Origin: an uncultured Acidobacteriota bacterium
GTDB lineage: Bacteria; Acidobacteriota; Vicinamibacteria; Vicinamibacterales; CAVVIG01
Reading direction: 5' to 3'
DNA: 64,000 nt
NCBI GenBank assembly: GCA_963728825.1
Contig: CAVSLA010000004.1
Location: 714,176-778,175, forward strand
Position 1 is the first letter of the stretch. The number at the start of each line of letters is the position of its first letter. The translations under genes were made by a program, and so were the position numbers. The notes beneath the pieces were generated by a model. It did no database searches and was not told the origin of the DNA. It saw only the letters and a program-made list of their open reading frames with translations. Positions 1 through 8,744 of the stretch are shown here, piece after piece.

Positions 1-843
1 AATCAGCCCGGGTCCGCTGGCGGTCGGATCACCCAGCCAGTCGGGCGGCGTCAGCCAGACGAAGGCGAGAATCGCCACCACCCAGAGATCGTAGGGGAGC
101 GTCGTGCGCTCGTCGGTCCAGAAGAAGGCGCGGTTGAAGAGGCCGCGCACGCCGTCGCGCTTCGGCAACGGCAGACTGTTGAGCGCCAGGTAGGTGTAAT
201 AGATCCGGTTGGCGACCGCCAGAATCGACAACACCAGAATCACCCACAGCACCGCCGCCATTCGATCGGTGAACGCGCCGATCATGAAGAGCACGATCCG
301 CTCCGGCCGTTCCATGAAGCCGACTTTGCACTTTTCGACCAGTGATTCGGCGCGGGCGCGCGCGTAGCTGGTCATGATCGAGAAGGTGAGCGTGAGTGCG
401 GCGACCAGCACGTAGTCGCTGCGGCCGATCGACGAATACAGATAGATCAGCCCGACCAGCAGCGCGAGGTCGGAGAACCGATCGAGGGTGGAATCCCAGA
501 ACGCGCCGAACCGCGACTGCAGCTGCAGGCGATAGGCAACCTTGCCATCGATGAAGTCGAAAATGTTCGCGACGATCATCACGATGCCGGCCAGGATGAA
601 CCGGTCGTGAGCAAGCGCCCAGGCCGCCGCGACGTTGATGATCACGCCGATCAGCGTCAGCGTGTTGGGGTGGATGCGGAGCGCGACGCAGGTGTTGATG
701 ATCGCCCGGAGCGGGAACATGCAGACCGTGCCGACCAGGCCCGTGAAGGTCATCCGGTGACGCGGTCGATCGATGCGTGCCGGCTTCGGGTTCGGTATCA
801 CTGCTATAATGGAGGGTTCGAAGTCATTGAAAAAACGCGACAT
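1..843 (-). CDS. CDP-alcohol phosphatidyltransferase family protein (3' end runs off the window)
   Basis: Absent from the ORF track because it has no stop codon in the window. My reverse-strand translation from ATG 843 stays open to nt 1. It contains DFIDGKVAYRLQLQSRFGAFWDSTLDRFSD (D-x2-DG-x2-AR...G-x3-D-x3-D) and several hydrophobic helices. Confidence 0.8.
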   Translation of the reverse strand, partial: MSRFFNDFEPSIIAVIPNPKPARIDRPRHRMTFTGLVGTVCMFPLRAIINTCVALRIHPNTLTLIGVIINVAAAWALAHDRFILAGIVMIVANIFDFIDGKVAYRLQLQSRFGAFWDSTLDRFSDLALLVGLIYLYSSIGRSDYVLVAALTLTFSIMTSYARARAESLVEKCKVGFMERPERIVLFMIGAFTDRMAAVLWVILVLSILAVANRIYYTYLALNSLPLPKRDGVRGLFNRAFFWTDERTTLPYDLWVVAILAFVWLTPPDWLGDPTASGPGLI

Positions 844-851
844 AGTATCGT

Positions 852-2828
852 ATGCCCATCCGTGAACTCAAGGATCAGATTGCCCGGCTGCCCGAACAGC
901 CCGGGGTGTATCTGTATTTCAACGGGGCGGGCGAGACGATTTACGTCGGCAAGGCGCGGACGCTGCGCGACCGGGTCCGCAATTACCTGGGAGCCTACGG
1001 GGTCGACGCCAAGACCGACGCGCTGCTCGACGAAATCACGCGGCTGGACGTCATCCTGACCGATTCGGTCGTCGAGGCGCTCGCGCTCGAAAACAACCTG
1101 ATCAAGCAGCGCTCGCCCAAATACAACATTCTGCTCCGTGACGACAAGAACTATCCGTATCTCCAGCTGACTGCCACCGAGGCGTTTCCGCGCGTGCTGG
1201 TGGCACGGCGGGTCGAGCGCGACGGCAACTACTATGCCGGCCCGTTCATGCCAGCCCGCTTCGCGCGGAAGACGATGGCGCTGACCCACCGGCTGTTCGG
1301 GATACGGTCGTGCAATGAGGTAATCACCGGGAAGCGCGATCGGCCGTGCCTCGAATACGACATCAAGCGCTGCATCGCCCCCTGCGTCGAGACACTGTGC
1401 TCTGCCGACGACTACGGGCGGGCGGTCGAGCTCACCCAGCTGTTTCTCGAGGGAAAGAACGATCAACTCCTGCGAACGTTGAAAGGGCGGATGATCGAGG
1501 CGGCCGAAGCCGAGCGCTTCGAGGAGGCGGCCCAGCTGCGTGATGCGATGCGCACCGTCCAGACGCTGCACGATCGCCAGCAGAAGATGGCGACCACCGA
1601 GCTCGGCCATCGCGACGTGTTCGGATTGAAGCGCGGGCCGGCTGGCGTCGTGGCGCAGGTGTTTCAGGTCCGCACCGGCCGCGTCGTCGAACGCGTCGAG
1701 CTCGGCACCGAAGCGGCCATCGTCGGCGCGAGCGAGGGCGAAGTGCTCGAAGCGGCCATTCAGCAGTTCTACGAGCTGCGCCCGGCGCCGTCAGAAGTGC
1801 ACGTGCCGGCCGAGCCCGATAACCGCGATGCGCTGGAGACCTGGCTGTCCGAGCGCAGCGGCCGGCGTGTCAGGATTGTCGTGCCGCAGCGCGGCGAGAA
1901 GCGCGGCCTGGTCGATCTGGCGAGCCGCAACGCCGCGCTGGCGTATCAGAACCGCTTCAACCAGGCGACCGCCGCCCAGTACGACGCACTGGAAACACTG
2001 CGCGCCGTCCTCGCCTTGCCGACACTCCCGCGGCGGATCGAATGCTTCGACATCTCCACCATTCAGGGCAGCGAGACAGTGGCTTCGATGGTGGTGTGCG
2101 AGGACGGACGCATGAAGCGTGCGGACTATCGCAAGTATCGGATCCGGGGCTCGGGACTCTGGGCTCGGGGTCCCGAGCGCTTCCAGCCGGACTCAGCTGA
2201 GCGACGCCCTGTTTTGGGTACGCGCGGGCAAGGGCCGGCGACGTCCGGCGAGGGCCGTCCTGTTCTGGATACGCGCGAGCAACACGGTGCGAGCGCGTCC
2301 GGCGCGGGGGTGGGGCCCCGCGCGTTAAGTAACGACTTTGCGGCGATGCACGAGGTCGTCCTCCGCCGCTATCGCAAGCTGCTCGAGGAAGGCGGGCCGT
2401 TTCCGGATCTCATCCTGATTGACGGCGGCAAGGGACAGCTCTCGGCCGCCTACGCGGCGCTCGAGGAGCTTGGCCTGGCCAACCTGATGGCGATCGGCAT
2501 CGCCAAGAAGGAAGAGCTGCTCTACACGCGGCACCGGGACGAACCGCTGGCGTTAGCCACTCACGATCCGGCGTTGCTGCTGCTGCAGCGCATCCGCGAC
2601 GAGGCGCACCGTTTTGCGGTGACGTTTCATCGCCGAGCCAGAGCGATTCGCGATCTGCATTCGGAGCTCGATCACGTCCCGGGTATCGGACCGCGCCGAC
2701 GCCGAGCGCTGCTCAGGAAATTCGGCAGCCTGGCCGGCGTTCGGCGCGCGACCCGCGAGGAGCTGGCCGCAGAAGTCGGATCGAAAGTCGCGGATGCCGT
2801 CCTTGCGTTTTTCGCGGGCCGGCCGTAA
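852..2828 (+). CDS. uvrC: Excinuclease ABC subunit C
   Basis: 658-aa ORF with an N-terminal GIY-YIG region (GVYLYFNGAGETIYVGKARTLRDRV), a UvrC-type middle and a C-terminal HhH region. It carries a roughly 60-codon low-complexity insertion at 2146-2330. Confidence 0.95.
   Translation: MPIRELKDQIARLPEQPGVYLYFNGAGETIYVGKARTLRDRVRNYLGAYGVDAKTDALLDEITRLDVILTDSVVEALALENNLIKQRSPKYNILLRDDKNYPYLQLTATEAFPRVLVARRVERDGNYYAGPFMPARFARKTMALTHRLFGIRSCNEVITGKRDRPCLEYDIKRCIAPCVETLCSADDYGRAVELTQLFLEGKNDQLLRTLKGRMIEAAEAERFEEAAQLRDAMRTVQTLHDRQQKMATTELGHRDVFGLKRGPAGVVAQVFQVRTGRVVERVELGTEAAIVGASEGEVLEAAIQQFYELRPAPSEVHVPAEPDNRDALETWLSERSGRRVRIVVPQRGEKRGLVDLASRNAALAYQNRFNQATAAQYDALETLRAVLALPTLPRRIECFDISTIQGSETVASMVVCEDGRMKRADYRKYRIRGSGLWARGPERFQPDSAERRPVLGTRGQGPATSGEGRPVLDTREQHGASASGAGVGPRALSNDFAAMHEVVLRRYRKLLEEGGPFPDLILIDGGKGQLSAAYAALEELGLANLMAIGIAKKEELLYTRHRDEPLALATHDPALLLLQRIRDEAHRFAVTFHRRARAIRDLHSELDHVPGIGPRRRRALLRKFGSLAGVRRATREELAAEVGSKVADAVLAFFAGRP
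2146..2330. repeat. Repeat-derived in-frame insertion inside uvrC, ending in a GC hairpin
   Basis: Internal direct duplication cctgttttgggtacgcgcg / cctgttctggatacgcgcg. The terminal hairpin gcgcggggg-t-ggggccccgcgc (2302-2323) matches the hairpins at 5437-5460 and 13746-13768. Confidence 0.7.
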
Positions 2829-2855
2829 CCTGTTGACCCCGTCAAGGTTGATCCG

Positions 2856-3491
2856 TTGCCCAACATCGACATCGTTCAGGTGGCCATTGCGTTCACCGTG
2901 CTGCTGTTTTCGCTCACCGTGCACGAGATGGCGCACGCCTGGTCCGCCGATCGCCTTGGCGACCCGACGGCCCGCATCCTCGGGCGGGTCACGCTGAATC
3001 CGATCGCGCACGCCGATCCGATTGGCACGGTGCTGTTCCCGCTGATTGCGATGGTCACCGGCGCGCCATTGATTGGTTGGGCCAAGCCGGTGCCAGTCGA
3101 CATCCGTCGCCTCCGGAACCACCATCGCGACTTCGTGCTCGTGGCGGCGGCGGGGCCGGCCAGCAACATCGTGATGGCCGTCGGGGCGGCCTTGATCCTG
3201 GCGGTTGCGCCGGCGACCTCGAGCGAGGGAAACGCGGCCGGAATCGTCACCGTGCTTCTCACTAGAATGGTCATCCTCAACGTGCTGCTGGCGGTCTTCA
3301 ACATGCTGCCGATTCCACCGCTGGACGGCGGCAATGTGTTGAGCGGCCTGCTGCCGCGCCATGTGGCCCAGGTCTTCGACCAGATTCGGCCGTACGGTTT
3401 TCTGATTCTCTACGCCATCATCCTGACGGACGCATTCCTGTACCTGGTGGCGCGGCCCGCGAACTATCTGGTTGATCTGCTCCTGTCCTGA
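2856..3491 (+). CDS. Site-2 protease family (peptidase M50) membrane metalloprotease
   Basis: 211-aa hydrophobic ORF with HEMAHAW (HExxH) in the first helix. TTG start. Its stop overlaps the trpS ATG by 1 nt. Confidence 0.85.
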   Translation: MPNIDIVQVAIAFTVLLFSLTVHEMAHAWSADRLGDPTARILGRVTLNPIAHADPIGTVLFPLIAMVTGAPLIGWAKPVPVDIRRLRNHHRDFVLVAAAGPASNIVMAVGAALILAVAPATSSEGNAAGIVTVLLTRMVILNVLLAVFNMLPIPPLDGGNVLSGLLPRHVAQVFDQIRPYGFLILYAIILTDAFLYLVARPANYLVDLLLS

Positions 3492-4508
3492 TGAATCCGT
3501 CCGCCAGACCTCGCGTCGTCTCGGGCATGCGGCCCACCGGCCGGCTCCATCTCGGCCACCTCGTCGGAGCGCTCAGCAACTGGGTCAGGCTCCAGGACCA
3601 GTACGACTGCTTCTACTTCGTCGCCGACTGGCATGCGCTGACGAGCGATTTTGCCGACACCCGTCAGCTGACAACTTACGCCTACGACAACGCCGCTGAC
3701 TGGATCGGCGCCGGACATCGATCCGGAAAAGAGCACGCTGTTCGTGCAGTCGCTGGTGCCTGAACACGCCGAGCTGTTCCTGATGTTGTCGATGGTCACG
3801 CCGGTGCCGTGGCTCGAACGGGTGCCGACCTACAAGGAACAACAGGAGGCGTTGAAGGAAAAGGATCTGTCCTCGGTCGGCTTTCTCAGCTACCCGCTGC
3901 TGCAGGCCGCCGATGTGACGATTTACGATGCGCGCTTCGTGCCCGTCGGTGAGGATCAGGTCGCACACCTCGAGCTGTCGCGCGAGGTGGTCCGGCGCTT
4001 CAACAACTTCTTCGGCGGCGACGGCGAGATCCTCGTCGAACCACAACCGCTCTTGACGAAGTTTGCGCGCCTGCCCGGGCTCGACGGCGACAAGAAGATG
4101 AGCAAGAGTCTGGGCAACACGATTGAGCTGGCCGACGGTCCTGATGAAGTCAAAAAGAAGGTCATGCGCATGTACACGGATCCCAAACGGGTCCGCGCCG
4201 ACATTCCGGGTACGGTCGAAGGGAATCCCGTGTTCACGTTCCACGACGCGTTCAACCCGAACCTCGCCGAGGTCGACGACCTGAAAGATCGGTATCGGAA
4301 CGGAAAAGTCGGAGATGTCGAAGTCAAGACGAAGCTTGCCGCCGCCCTCAACGCGCACCTCGAGCCGATCCGCGAGCGGCGGGCGGCGGTTTCGTCCCGG
4401 CCGGATCGGCTGAAAGAAATACTGCACGAGGGCTCGAAGCGGGCGCGCGTCATTGCCGAGCAGACGATGGAGCGGGTGCGAGCGGCGATGAAAGTTCGGT
4501 ACAGTTAA
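3491..4508 (+). CDS. trpS: Tryptophan--tRNA ligase, reading frame broken by one extra base near 3713-3716
   Basis: ORF 3491..3763 (GRLHLGHLVG, class I HIGH-like) continues as ORF 3744..4508 (KKMSKSLGN). The joined sequence reads DWIGAG|IDPEKSTLFVQSLVPEH once one nucleotide is removed. Confidence 0.85.
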
Positions 4509-4525
4509 CACAAAGGACCTCCATT

Positions 4526-5332
4526 TTGATGGACCACCCACAGGATTTTGAGTCGTCGGTTGACGCCATGCCCGTTCGGTTGGAGCAGTTCGAGGGACCG
4601 CTCGATCTGCTGCTGCATCTGATCAAGAAGAACGAAGTCAACGTCTACGACATCCCGATCTCCCTGATCACCTCGCAGTACCTCGCGACCCTCGAGCTGA
4701 TGCAGGAGCTGAATCTGGACGTCGCCGGCGAGTTTGTCGTGATGGCCGCGACGCTCATTCACATCAAGTCGAAGATGCTGCTGCCGCGCCCCGAAACCGC
4801 GGCGGGCGTCGAAGGCGACGAGGACGATCCCCGCGACGCGCTCGTCCGGCGCCTCCTCGAACATCAGAAGTTCAAGGTCGCTGCCGAACTGCTCCATGAG
4901 CGTGAACAGGTGCGGTCCGCGCAGTGGGGCCGGCCCGACCAACGCGTCGCCGAAATCGCCGGCGACGAGTACGAGCCGGAGCTCGAGGTCGATCTCTTCA
5001 GCCTCCTCAGCGCATTCCAGGCGGTCGTCGAGCGCGCGAAGCACCGGCCCAAGGTGCTGCTGCCCCCCGAACAGATTCCAGTCGAAGTCCGCATCGATCA
5101 GCTGCTGACGCGATTGTCGGAAACGGAAGCCTGCGGGTTCGAGGATCTGTTTGCTGACGTCCACGAGCGGAGCGGCCTGATCGTCACGTTCCTGGCGCTG
5201 CTCGAGATGATTCGTTTGAAGCTGGTGCGGGTGTTCCAGGCCGGCAGTTTCGGCCCGATCCGCGTCTACAAGCGCGCGCGTCCGGCCGACGCGCCCCATC
5301 CCATTGGTGATCCGGAGACACATCGTGGCTGA
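4526..5332 (+). CDS. scpA: Segregation and condensation protein A
   Basis: The N-terminus VRLEQFEGPLDLLLHLIKKNEVNVYDIPISLITSQYL is typical of ScpA. It lies directly upstream of scpB. Confidence 0.9.
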   Translation: MMDHPQDFESSVDAMPVRLEQFEGPLDLLLHLIKKNEVNVYDIPISLITSQYLATLELMQELNLDVAGEFVVMAATLIHIKSKMLLPRPETAAGVEGDEDDPRDALVRRLLEHQKFKVAAELLHEREQVRSAQWGRPDQRVAEIAGDEYEPELEVDLFSLLSAFQAVVERAKHRPKVLLPPEQIPVEVRIDQLLTRLSETEACGFEDLFADVHERSGLIVTFLALLEMIRLKLVRVFQAGSFGPIRVYKRARPADAPHPIGDPETHRG

Positions 5333-6119
5333 GCAAAAAAGGCAGGAAGGACTGGACGGGCGGGAAGGGCAGGAGCGCCTGCAGCCATCCCGAACCGAGG
5401 ACGAGCGAATCCGAGGCCAGGGATCAGCGGAAGCTCGCGCCGGGGGTGGGGCCCCGGTGCTACTGGAAAAAAGTGAGACGCCCCAAATCTCTGCGGAACT
5501 GAAGGCCATCGTCGAGGCGTTGATTTTCGCCTCACCCGATCCGCTGACGCCGAAGGCGATTTACAAGCTGCTCGACACCGAAGTAAAAGACGACATCAAG
5601 GCCGCGATCGAGGAGCTGAAGAAGGATTACGAGCGGCCGGGTGGGCTTCAGCTGGTAGAAGTCGCCGGCGGATACCAGATCGTCACGCGGCCCGACCTGC
5701 ACGAGTGGGTGCGACGGCTGTTCCACGAACGGTCCACGCAGAAGCTTTCGGTGCAGGCGCTCGAGACGCTGGCGGTCATCGCCTACAGGCAGCCGATTAC
5801 GGCGCTCGAGATCACCGAGGTCCGCGGCGTCAACACCTCTGGCGTGCTCAACACGCTGCTCGAGCGCCATCTGGTCAAGATCGTCGGACGCAAGCAGGTC
5901 GTCGGCCGGCCGTTTCTCTACGCGACCACCAAGGAGTTCCTGATCCGCTTCGGCCTCAACGACTTGAGCGATCTGCCGAAAGTCGAGGACATGGCGGAAG
6001 CGCTCGGCCTGGAAGGCAACGCGCCGCCGGTTCTCGTCGAGCGCACCCTCAGCGACGAGGAGCTGCCGCTCATGGAGAGCGACATCGAACTGACCGAAGA
6101 TCCACCCAAAGTTCATTGA
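5304..6119 (+). CDS. scpB: Segregation and condensation protein B
   Basis: The core LKAIVEALIFASPDPLTPKAIYKLL...GGYQIVTRPDL...LSVQALETLAVIAYRQPIT is ScpB-like. The first ~60 codons are low-complexity and repeat-derived, so the true start is uncertain. Confidence 0.85.
   Translation: MVIRRHIVAEQKRQEGLDGREGQERLQPSRTEDERIRGQGSAEARAGGGAPVLLEKSETPQISAELKAIVEALIFASPDPLTPKAIYKLLDTEVKDDIKAAIEELKKDYERPGGLQLVEVAGGYQIVTRPDLHEWVRRLFHERSTQKLSVQALETLAVIAYRQPITALEITEVRGVNTSGVLNTLLERHLVKIVGRKQVVGRPFLYATTKEFLIRFGLNDLSDLPKVEDMAEALGLEGNAPPVLVERTLSDEELPLMESDIELTEDPPKVH
5395..5460. repeat. Short (internally deleted) copy of the REP/MITE-like element
   Basis: ccgaggacgagcgaatccga matches 13659-13678. The hairpin gcgccgggggtggggccccggtgc (5437-5460) matches 13746-13768. 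Confidence 0.65.
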
Positions 6120-6137
6120 TTTTCCTGGAGGGGTCCG

Positions 6138-7157
6138 ATGAAGCGCCTGCTGCTTGCCATCGGTGTTCTCGCCACGACGCTTTCGTCGCCCGCTCTGTTC
6201 GCTCAGACGCCAGCCGCTCCATGGAAAGTGCCACGGATGCCGGATGGCCGTCCCGTCCTCCAGGGAACCTGGACGACGCAGACGTTCACGCCGCTGCAGC
6301 GGCCGAAGCGCTATGCCGGCCGCGAGTTCCTCACGGACGAAGAATTCAACGAGCTGATCAAACTGCTGTCTCAGGATGGGGTCGATCCACTGGCGACCAA
6401 CATCTTCGGCGCCAGCGACGAGGAGCGGCTCAAGCGGATTCAGCAGACCGACGAGACGCACTACAACAACGCCGATTGGCTGGCGACATCGCAGCCCAAG
6501 ACGCTGTCGAGCCGGCGAACCTCGCTGATCTTCGATCCGCCTGACGGGCTGATCCCGCCGATGACTCCGGCAGGGCAGAAGCGCGCCGCGGCTCGCCGGG
6601 CAATCGCCGGCTTCGACAGCCACGAAACGCGCCCAGCCCAGGAGCGCTGCATTGTCTGGACGCATGAAGGCCCGCCGATGACGCCCGCGCCCTACAACGA
6701 CATCATGCAGATCATGCAGATGCCTGGCTACGTCCTCATCTACCGCGAGCTGGCCACCGCGCCGCGGATCATCCCCCTCGACAACCGCCCGCATGTTTCG
6801 GATCCGATACGCACGTGGAGCGGGCACTCGGTCGGCCGCTGGGAGGGCGATACGCTCGTCATCGACACCACGAACTTCAACGAGAAGGTGGCCGTTCAGG
6901 GTTCCGGCCCCGACCTGCACGTGATCGAGCGATTGACGCGCGTGAGCGCCGATCGAATCGATTATCGGGTCACGCTCGAGGATCCCGGCACCTGGACAAG
7001 GCCGTGGAGCGCCGAGATCCCGATGCTGGCGACCGAGGGAAAGCTTTACGAGTACGCCTGTCACGAAGGGAACTACGGCCTGTCGAACATCCTCAGCGGC
7101 GCGCGCTTTACCGAGCGGGAGGCCGCGTCAACGCCCGGCCAGCGGCAGCAATTCTGA
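6138..7157 (+). CDS. Secreted hypothetical protein
   Basis: 339-aa ORF preceded by GGAGG. Signal peptide MKRLLLAIGVLATTLSSPALFAQ. I recognise no catalytic motif. Confidence 0.7.
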   Translation: MKRLLLAIGVLATTLSSPALFAQTPAAPWKVPRMPDGRPVLQGTWTTQTFTPLQRPKRYAGREFLTDEEFNELIKLLSQDGVDPLATNIFGASDEERLKRIQQTDETHYNNADWLATSQPKTLSSRRTSLIFDPPDGLIPPMTPAGQKRAAARRAIAGFDSHETRPAQERCIVWTHEGPPMTPAPYNDIMQIMQMPGYVLIYRELATAPRIIPLDNRPHVSDPIRTWSGHSVGRWEGDTLVIDTTNFNEKVAVQGSGPDLHVIERLTRVSADRIDYRVTLEDPGTWTRPWSAEIPMLATEGKLYEYACHEGNYGLSNILSGARFTEREAASTPGQRQQF

Positions 7158-7164
7158 ACAGTTC

Positions 7165-7186
7165 GGCGGGTCCAAAAGGACCCGCC
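7165..7186. terminator. Perfect 9-bp stem hairpin between convergent genes (candidate bidirectional terminator)
   Basis: ggcgggtcc-aaaa-ggacccgcc lies between the stop at 7157 (+) and the stop at 7187 (-). Confidence 0.6.
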
Positions 7187-8011
7187 CTACATACGATCCC
7201 GACTCGAACGGCTCCGCACAGCCTCCCGCAACCTTGCCACTTCGTCATTCGTCAGATCGCGCCACTGCCCGGGCTTCAGCCGGGCGTCACGGATCGGTCC
7301 GATGGCGATACGTCGCAGCTGATCGACCGGATGGCCGATTGCGTCACACATGTTGCGGACCTGGCGGTTTCTTCCCTCGTGCACGGCGATGCGAAGCGTG
7401 GCTTTTACCACGGCGCGCGGCGCCCCACCCCCGCGCGCAGACAGCGCTCGCCCTCGAGCGTAAACTCTCGCGCCCGCCTGGTCGGTAACCAATTCGACCT
7501 TCGCGGGCGCAGTGCGGCGGCCATCAATGACGATCCCGCGCGCGAGCCGCTGGAGGTCGTGGGCGTCGGGGACGCCGAGCACTCGCGCTTCGTAGACCCG
7601 CTCGATGCCGTGGCTGGGATGCGTCAGGCGCGCGGCCAGATCGCCGTCGTTCGTCAGGAGCAGGAGCCCCTCGGAATCGAAGTCGAGACGGCCAACCGGA
7701 TAGATGTACTCGCGCAGCCCAACCAGCTCGATCACCGTCGGCCGCTTCTGCGGATCGGAGCGGGTCGTGACGTAGCCGCGCGGTTTGTTCAGCAGCAGGT
7801 AACGGTGGCGCTCGGGCAGCTTGATACGCCGCCCGTCGACCCGGATGTCGTCGCGCGCCGCGTCGGCTTTGGTGCCCAGCTCTCGAACCGTCTCGCCGTT
7901 GACGGTGACGCGCCCTTCGAGCATCAGCTGTTCCGAGGCGCGCCGCGATGCAATGCCAGCCTGCGAGAGAATCTTCTGGAGGCGGTCCACGTCAAAAGCG
8001 TCAGCGTCCAA
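7187..8011 (-). CDS. rluB: Pseudouridine synthase, RsuA/RluB family
   Basis: S4-like N-terminus (LQKILSQAGIASRRASEQLMLEGRVTVNG) and the catalytic motif GRLDFDSEGLLLLTNDG. The start could instead be an internal GTG near 7990. Confidence 0.85.
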   Translation of the reverse strand: MDADAFDVDRLQKILSQAGIASRRASEQLMLEGRVTVNGETVRELGTKADAARDDIRVDGRRIKLPERHRYLLLNKPRGYVTTRSDPQKRPTVIELVGLREYIYPVGRLDFDSEGLLLLTNDGDLAARLTHPSHGIERVYEARVLGVPDAHDLQRLARGIVIDGRRTAPAKVELVTDQAGARVYARGRALSARGGGAPRAVVKATLRIAVHEGRNRQVRNMCDAIGHPVDQLRRIAIGPIRDARLKPGQWRDLTNDEVARLREAVRSRSSRDRM

Positions 8012-8070
8012 ACCACGAAAAGACTAGCCACGAAAACTCGAAAACACGAAACTCAGTCCGAAATCCGTCG
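8012..8070. repeat. CACGAAA-type short tandem array in a divergent intergenic region
   Basis: ccacgaaaagactagccacgaaaactcgaaaacacgaaactcagtccgaaatcc. A related array occurs at 12362-12410. Confidence 0.7.
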
Positions 8071-8077
8071 TCCACTC

Positions 8078-8744
8078 GTGAAACCACTCATCATCGCCAT
8101 CGACGGGCCCTCGGGCGCCGGTAAAGGCACCGTGGCCCGAGCTGTCGCCGCCGAGCTTGGCTATCGCCACGTCGACAGCGGCGCGATGTACCGGGCGGTC
8201 GGGTGGAAGGCGCTGCGCGAGGGCGTCGCTCTCGACGACGAGCGCGCGCTTGCGACGATGGCCGAGAGTCACGCGATCGAAGTCGGCGCGCGACCGCGTG
8301 ACGATCGACGGCGAAGACGTCACCCGCAGCCATCCGGACGCCTGAAATCGATCGCGCCGCGGCGGCGCGTCGCGCGTCTGCCGCAGGTGCGTGCGGTGCT
8401 CGTCGCGCGACAGCGCGAGATGGGGTTGGACGGCGGGATCGTGATGGAAGGCCGCGACATCGGCACGGTCGTGTTTCCCCGGGCCGACGTGAAGCTCTAT
8501 CTGGACGCGTCCGCCGAAGAGCGGGCGCGTCGGCGCGCCGCCGATCCGGCGCACTCGGGCGGACCAACCGCCGTCGCGGACGTGGCGACGCTCCTGACCG
8601 AACGCGATCGCCTCGACTCCACCCGGCCGACGTCGCCACTGTATCGTGCCGCCGACGCGATCGTCGTCGACACGACGGGAAAAGTCGGTTGATCTGGTGG
8701 TTGCCGAGGTCCTCGACGTCGTGCGAAAAGCCCTGACGCCCTGA
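8078..8744 (+). CDS. cmk: Cytidylate kinase, interrupted by about four single-base insertions
   Basis: VKPLIIAIDGPSGAGKGT (P-loop). The frame changes near 8291, 8328 and 8368, restoring ...DRVTIDGEDVTRAIRTPEIDRAAAAVARLPQV. After a further change near 8681 the C-terminus reads GKSVDLVVAEVLDVVRKALTP with a stop at 8742-8744. Confidence 0.8.

Noticed and set aside
5532-7064. Long antisense ORFs throughout the window, e.g. 804..1610(-), 3585..4541(-), 4505..5509(-), 5532..7064(-), 9756..11042(-), 24897..25817(-), 25848..27041(-), 26816..29155(-), 41471..42628(-), 54731..56839(-) and 56743..58074(-).
   Set aside because: Each lies opposite a gene with clear family motifs (scpB, valS, dnaK, rpsA and others). 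Their translations are Arg/Ala/Pro/Gly-rich with no motifs. Such open frames are expected on the antisense strand of GC-rich coding DNA.
6815-8077. The N-terminal 420 codons of the 625-aa ORF 6815..8692. Similar upstream extensions occur in 28210..30303, 45639..47291 (part above 46268), 47815..48798 and 48513..50195.
   Set aside because: Only the downstream parts match known families (cmk, nadC, the NarL regulator, the DHp ORF, NtrC). The upstream parts overlap other well-supported genes in other frames or strands and look like GC-driven read-through.
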